Virus record (IMG/VR): IMGVR_UViG_3300045988_003641
Coordinates: 25,067-89,066 of that record
Length of the DNA stretch: 64,000 nucleotides
Direction: 5' to 3' (one strand)
DNA from: a virus
Lineage: Duplodnaviria; Heunggongvirae; Uroviricota; Caudoviricetes
The position numbers were made by a program, and so were the translations under genes. Shown here piece after piece: positions 59,649-64,000 of the stretch. The notes below the pieces were generated by a model, which was not told the origin of the DNA, searched no databases, and saw only the letters and a list, made by a program, of their open reading frames with translations. Position 1 is the stretch's first letter. Every line of letters begins with the position of its first letter.

Positions 59649-60197
59649 ATGAAGAAATTGATTCTAGGTTTGTGCTTAATGTTTACAGCACACTTATCTT
59701 ATGCAGTTGACTGCCCAGAGCTATCAATTAGCCAAAAAGTAAACATGTTAAAAGCTTACCAGTATGGTGAGAACAACATGGGTAAAGGTTGGGGTATCAC
59801 TCTAGCTGCTATAGCCTTACAAGAGTCAGAGTTAGGTCTGAAGGTAGAGAATAAAAAGACACATGATTATGGTATTTTCCAGAATCACTTGAAGACTGTT
59901 GTAAAGCGTAACAAAATTAGTCCTAATATGGCTAAAAAGAAACTCTTAAAAGACTTTAACTATGCTGCGAAGGAAACTCACAAAGAGCTTGAGTTTTGGA
60001 CAAAGGTGCATGGTCAGCCAAAGTCAAAGAAGACTTTACAAAAAGTTTTAGCATCATATAATGCTGGGTATTCGTACAAAATCCCTAAAGCTAAGAAATA
60101 TTCTCAAGATGTCTATAACAACATGAAAGTCATTGCTCAATGTGAATTTGCAACAAACATTTCTAAGGTAAACCATGAAAAAATTAAAAAAGTCTGA
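59649..60197 (+). CDS. lytic transglycosylase with signal peptide (candidate endolysin)
   Basis: 182 aa; N-terminal signal sequence; SLT-like catalytic ES in ALQESELG plus GIFQ and SYNAGYSY motifs. Confidence 0.55.
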   Translation: MKKLILGLCLMFTAHLSYAVDCPELSISQKVNMLKAYQYGENNMGKGWGITLAAIALQESELGLKVENKKTHDYGIFQNHLKTVVKRNKISPNMAKKKLLKDFNYAAKETHKELEFWTKVHGQPKSKKTLQKVLASYNAGYSYKIPKAKKYSQDVYNNMKVIAQCEFATNISKVNHEKIKKV

Positions 60198-60870
60198 TGA
60201 AGTACTGTGTCATGCTTACGACTTACATCCTCATGAGTTAGGTCTTGATTCCTGTGTATGGACTCCAGAACAGTGTAGGGATTTTGAAGACACTGCAAGA
60301 GAAGTTGTATGCTCACTCGAAGAGTTCCACACATCAGAGCCAATTGTGAATGTTGTAGATAAAGAGACTGGACAAACTATAGGTGTAAGTCGTGATAGCT
60401 TAGTCATAGTCAATAAAGACCTTGTAGAAAAAGGTAACCTCATCTTAGCAGATATTGATGGTGTTCTTACAAATTTTAATCACGAAGATTGCTCAACGGA
60501 ATTGACTGATGGGTCATTCTCACAGTACACTAATCTTCTTGACTCTGTAAGAGCAAAACCAACGTATGTCTTTAGTATTATTGATGCAATTGCTAATCAT
60601 GCTGCCATTGGACTCTTGACAGCGAGAGGTGAATCTCAGAGAATACCTACTGAGATGTTTTTAAGGCACAATATAGAGCATGATTACTTGCTTTTTATGC
60701 GTGGTTTTGGAACTAACTCTATAAGTGCAGAAAGTTTGAAAGTGAGGATGATTCAGTCTTGCATTCTTCCTTACTTTAATATAGTATGTTTTATAGAAGA
60801 TACAGAGAAGAATGTTCAGAAGGTAAACAGAATCCTTCCACACATTAAAACCATGTTAGTTAAACACTGA
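60175..60870 (+). CDS. HAD-superfamily hydrolase (putative nucleotidase/phosphatase)
   Basis: 231 aa; motif I-like LILADIDGVLTNF. Confidence 0.4.
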   Translation: MKKLKKSDEVLCHAYDLHPHELGLDSCVWTPEQCRDFEDTAREVVCSLEEFHTSEPIVNVVDKETGQTIGVSRDSLVIVNKDLVEKGNLILADIDGVLTNFNHEDCSTELTDGSFSQYTNLLDSVRAKPTYVFSIIDAIANHAAIGLLTARGESQRIPTEMFLRHNIEHDYLLFMRGFGTNSISAESLKVRMIQSCILPYFNIVCFIEDTEKNVQKVNRILPHIKTMLVKH

Positions 60871-60879
60871 GAGAAACTT

Positions 60880-61344
60880 ATGAACAATATCATTACGGTA
60901 GCACTGGACGTTACAGCAAACAAATCTGAAGTAGTTCGTAACATTATCAAGAGCAACTTTGAAGGTAAAATCTTCCGTGCTGTCAATGTAAAAGCAGACG
61001 GTAACATCCGGGAGTATCGTGCTCTTCTGAATGTTAAGAAACACGTAAAAGGTGCTGGTTCAACGACTGCACACAAAGAAAACCTGATGACTATCTATGA
61101 TATGGGTATGGCTTCAGAGTTAGGTACTGAAGGTATCGTTAAAGAAGGTGCTCCGTATCGCTCTTTCAATCTGGAAACTGCTCTTATGCTTTCCTTTACA
61201 AGTGGTTCTAAAACAACTACTTATCTCTTTACTGATGCTGCAACGGTATCTGCTATCAAGGATAGCACCGTCAAAGCTGGGGTAGCTGCTGCTGCAAAAG
61301 CTTCTTCGATGGCTGCAAATGTCCTTGCTAAAGTCCTCGGTTAA
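60880..61344 (+). CDS. hypothetical protein
   Basis: 154 aa, Ala-rich C-terminus; followed by strong terminator. Confidence 0.3.
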   Translation: MNNIITVALDVTANKSEVVRNIIKSNFEGKIFRAVNVKADGNIREYRALLNVKKHVKGAGSTTAHKENLMTIYDMGMASELGTEGIVKEGAPYRSFNLETALMLSFTSGSKTTTYLFTDAATVSAIKDSTVKAGVAAAAKASSMAANVLAKVLG

Positions 61345-61356
61345 GGTTAAGATACA

Positions 61357-61377
61357 GGCTCCTTCGGGAGCCTTTTT
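61357..61377 (+). terminator. rho-independent terminator (TTCG tetraloop)
   Basis: GGCTCC-TTCG-GGAGCC then TTTTT. Confidence 0.6.
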
Positions 61378-61396
61378 CATTTCAGGAGATTGTTAA

Positions 61397-61744
61397 ATGA
61401 CATTTAAAGAGTTCTGTCAAGCTACTTTCATAATTGTTTTCTTAGTTGGGGCAGGTGTCTGGGGAGGATACTCTTACAGAGACTATCAAGTTGCTGAAGT
61501 TGAGCTAAATAATGAGAAACTAATAAGTGTTGCCAAAGATGCTTATCAGGAAGGTTTAGCCACACTGAGCACCAATTACAAAAATGATTTGAAAGATGTG
61601 CTTGCTAAGAATAAGCATACAAAAGAGGTACTAACGTATGAAAAGACTAAGCCAGAGTTTTATAATGTTTGTGTTACTGATAATTATGTCAGGGTGTTCA
61701 ACGAACAAAGTGAGCAGTACATTCAAAAACTCCCAAGTAAGTGA
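61397..61744 (+). CDS. i-spanin (Rz-like), putative
   Basis: 115 aa; N-terminal transmembrane helix then helical periplasmic domain; overlapped by lipoprotein ORF in +1 frame. Confidence 0.45.
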   Translation: MTFKEFCQATFIIVFLVGAGVWGGYSYRDYQVAEVELNNEKLISVAKDAYQEGLATLSTNYKNDLKDVLAKNKHTKEVLTYEKTKPEFYNVCVTDNYVRVFNEQSEQYIQKLPSK

Positions 61745-61907
61745 GAGTGATAAGTACACTCAAGAAGAATCACGGTATATCATCAAAGGCAACACAGGCA
61801 GCGATGTAGCAGCAGCCCTTGAGTTCTATCGTGACGGCTTTTACCAGTGCACAATCAAAGCTAACAACCTTATTGACATGATTTTATTAGGGAATAAGCA
61901 GCAATGA
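61638..61907 (+). CDS. o-spanin (Rz1-like) lipoprotein, putative
   Basis: 89 aa; start embedded in i-spanin gene in +1 frame; signal peptide with lipobox-like IMSGC. Confidence 0.4.
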   Translation: MKRLSQSFIMFVLLIIMSGCSTNKVSSTFKNSQVSESDKYTQEESRYIIKGNTGSDVAAALEFYRDGFYQCTIKANNLIDMILLGNKQQ

Positions 61908-62173
61908 CAGAGAATCAAGATACTTTTTACGTAGAAGGGTACTTACTGTTACCACGACCAAAAGAGACTTATATGCGAATTGATTTCTCACCAACCATTA
62001 TGGATAATGTGATGTGCCATATCTTTATGCAAGGTGTCACAGCACAGCTTAAACATGTTGGTAAAGAGTGCAAAATAAAGGTTGACACTCATCCAGAAAT
62101 CAAAGAGAATCACTACACATGGTTCTTACCAGATTCTAAAGAAATCTTAGCAGTTCTTAAAACGAGGAAGTAA
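61904..62173 (+). CDS. hypothetical protein
   Basis: 89 aa. Confidence 0.3.
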   Translation: MTENQDTFYVEGYLLLPRPKETYMRIDFSPTIMDNVMCHIFMQGVTAQLKHVGKECKIKVDTHPEIKENHYTWFLPDSKEILAVLKTRK

Positions 62174-62175
62174 CT

Positions 62176-62499
62176 ATGCAGATTAATGGAAGAGACTTTG
62201 TAGCCATTTACTATGAGAAAGGTAAAGAAGTTGGCGTAGCACAAGTATCTTATGGCAATGGTAAGTGGCTATATGGAACAATCGCAGTAGTAGGAACAAG
62301 AAGTGATACAAAAACCTTTAAAGATTGTGTTGACCTTCTTGAAGAATCCATCCAGAATCATTGGTGTCTGATATGGATGACTGATAACGAAGTGATGGAG
62401 CGTTTCAAAAAGATTGATATCAACATTGACAGTATTGAGCATGTTGATTTATATGAACTAACCGAAAAGGTAAGCTATGAAAGCTCTAGAGGTAATTGA
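62176..62499 (+). CDS. hypothetical protein
   Basis: 107 aa. Confidence 0.3.
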   Translation: MQINGRDFVAIYYEKGKEVGVAQVSYGNGKWLYGTIAVVGTRSDTKTFKDCVDLLEESIQNHWCLIWMTDNEVMERFKKIDINIDSIEHVDLYELTEKVSYESSRGN

Positions 62500-62704
62500 T
62501 AAAGACACTGGAGAAGTTACATCAGCATGTGTTTTCGTTAGTAACGACACAGTGATACCATTTTACAATCTCGATAGTTTTAGTTTTACAGGGATAACTC
62601 CAGAAGAATACTTTGAAGACCTCACCTTTGCCAGAATCTCTATAGACACATTCTATAAATGCTTCTATGATGAAGGTAAAGAATTACGAGAAACTGAACT
62701 ATAA
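62477..62704 (+). CDS. hypothetical protein
   Basis: 75 aa. Confidence 0.25.
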   Translation: MKALEVIDKDTGEVTSACVFVSNDTVIPFYNLDSFSFTGITPEEYFEDLTFARISIDTFYKCFYDEGKELRETEL

Positions 62705-62716
62705 GGTATATATTAT

Positions 62717-62917
62717 ATGGCTGACTTCTGTAAAGACTGTTCTATCGAAATGTTCGGACGTGATACAGGTGACTTAAAAGGTCTTATCACTGAAGATGAC
62801 TTTAAAGCTGGTTATGCAATGCCAGTAATCTGTGAAGGTTGTGGGTGTATCTGGGTAGACCATGAAGGGCAACGTGTAAAACCTTCAGAAGATAAAGAAT
62901 CTTGGGAGAGATGCTAA
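62717..62917 (+). CDS. small cysteine-rich protein
   Basis: 66 aa; CKDC...CEGCGC. Confidence 0.3.
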   Translation: MADFCKDCSIEMFGRDTGDLKGLITEDDFKAGYAMPVICEGCGCIWVDHEGQRVKPSEDKESWERC

Positions 62918-63703
62918 ATGGGTATTGTAAAAATCATCAATGGTGATATCTTTGCTGCATTTGATAAAGGTAAGTTTGACATCATTGGTCATGGTTGTAA
63001 CTGCATGAACCTAATGGGCGCAGGTATCGCTGACAAGATTTCTAAACTTTACCCAAAAGCATATGAGACCGATACAGAAGTTTATCTCTATGCAGGTGGT
63101 ATAGGTCACAAACCCTGTGAGAATTTACTAGGTAATTTCTCTGTAGCACGCTTAAAACAAGGTCGTATAGCTAACCTTTACACTCAGCTTAAGACTGGTA
63201 AAGATGCCCGATACAGTGCTTTAGAGTCATCTTTGAAGCAACTTAACAGATACTGTGAAGTTAATCAGTTGAAGAAAGTTGGTTTACCTATGATTGGTGC
63301 AGGTATCGGTGGACTTGACCCTCAAGCCGTCACAGTTATCATCAATCAGGTGATGAAGAGTGTAGATGTTTATCTATATGTCTATGAAGGAGAGATGTAC
63401 CACAAGTTACTCTCAGGTTGGAAGAACTACTGTGAACCAGAATACTTTGCAGGTGTAGCAGTGTTCACAGATAACGCAGTTACCCTCTTCAGACGAAGAA
63501 AAGGTAAGATACATCAAAGTAACCCTCCGGTTGAAAAGATGTCTCTAAGTAACGCTCTAGTTACCCACCTGTCAAAGAGCAATCACAGAATTGCTGTAAC
63601 ATTTGGTAGTGATGCAGAAGCTTATATCTATGCAAGAACTGATGAGGATATTGAGGCAATCTTCTCTTCACCAGAAGTTACCTTCTTAGACGCAAAGAAC
63701 TAA
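62918..63703 (+). CDS. macro-domain protein (ADP-ribose binding/processing), putative
   Basis: 261 aa; N-terminal INGDIFAA...DIIGHGCNCMNLMGAGIA resembles macro-domain ADP-ribose pocket; C-terminal ~110 aa of unknown function. Confidence 0.5.
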   Translation: MGIVKIINGDIFAAFDKGKFDIIGHGCNCMNLMGAGIADKISKLYPKAYETDTEVYLYAGGIGHKPCENLLGNFSVARLKQGRIANLYTQLKTGKDARYSALESSLKQLNRYCEVNQLKKVGLPMIGAGIGGLDPQAVTVIINQVMKSVDVYLYVYEGEMYHKLLSGWKNYCEPEYFAGVAVFTDNAVTLFRRRKGKIHQSNPPVEKMSLSNALVTHLSKSNHRIAVTFGSDAEAYIYARTDEDIEAIFSSPEVTFLDAKN

Positions 63704-63775
63704 GAAACTCTGTAGGATATTCACAATAGCCTAAGCCTTTCTTATCTGGTAAATTTTTCAGGTAAGGAGGGCTTT

Positions 63776-63955
63776 TTCATTTCAGATTTGTGCAGGTAGA
63801 GTTCTGTAGAGAAATCTATAGAGAAAATTTTGAACTCCAAAGAGAAAATTCATTTTCAAACTGTGCAGGTAATCTCCAAAGAGCTTTTTCATTTTCAAAA
63901 CGTGCAGACCCCGCTCAGGTCGGGCAAGAAAAATCATTTTAGAATTGTGCAGGTA
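63776..63955. repeat. tandem direct repeats TTCATTTTCAAANNGTGCAGGTA (four copies)
   Basis: copies at 63776-63798, 63850-63872, 63888-63907, 63933-63955; CTCCAAAGAG sub-motif also repeated; followed by C-rich tract to window end. Confidence 0.8.
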
Positions 63956-64000
63956 GGTTTTTATAGACAGCCAGCCCAACCCCTCTCCCCCTCTTACTCC

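Noticed and set aside
63776-63955. Possible CRISPR array at window end
   Set aside because: Repeat units are imperfect, AT-rich, non-palindromic and irregularly spaced (38-74 bp); no cas genes; pattern fits regulatory or terminal repeats instead.
63782-63979. 65-aa minus-strand ORF at window end
   Set aside because: Spans the tandem repeat cluster; low-complexity product; likely non-coding.

Overview
This window reads as a large contiguous segment of a virulent tailed dsDNA phage genome with a contractile-tail (myovirus-type) structural module; no integrase, repressor, rRNA, tRNA or CRISPR array was found. Layout: (1) 5-23358, + strand, late morphogenesis operon: large terminase, portal, protease/scaffold, major capsid, sheath, tube, tape measure, baseplate, two tail fibres. 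(2) 23395-34290, - strand, leftward early block: thymidylate synthase, DHFR, DNA ligase, HNH-AP2 endonuclease, family A DNA polymerase. (3) 34548-63703, + strand, rightward block: dNMP kinase, T7 gp4-like primase-helicase, SSB, 5'-3' exonuclease, aerobic and anaerobic ribonucleotide reductases, a Prs-like/NAMPT-like pair, rIIA/rIIB, and a lysis cassette. The most unusual content is a pair of long structured intergenic repeat arrays (26995-27368 and 28521-28807) flanking an autonomously transcribed two-gene cassette of unknown function (27395-28440) inside the replication module; function unresolved. Other points of note are the Prs-like/NAMPT-like pair plus a macro-domain protein, an exact 54-bp tandem duplication in the tape measure gene, His-rich tips shared by both tail fibres, and a tandem repeat cluster at the window end. 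All protein calls rest on motif recognition by eye and gene order; no database search was run.
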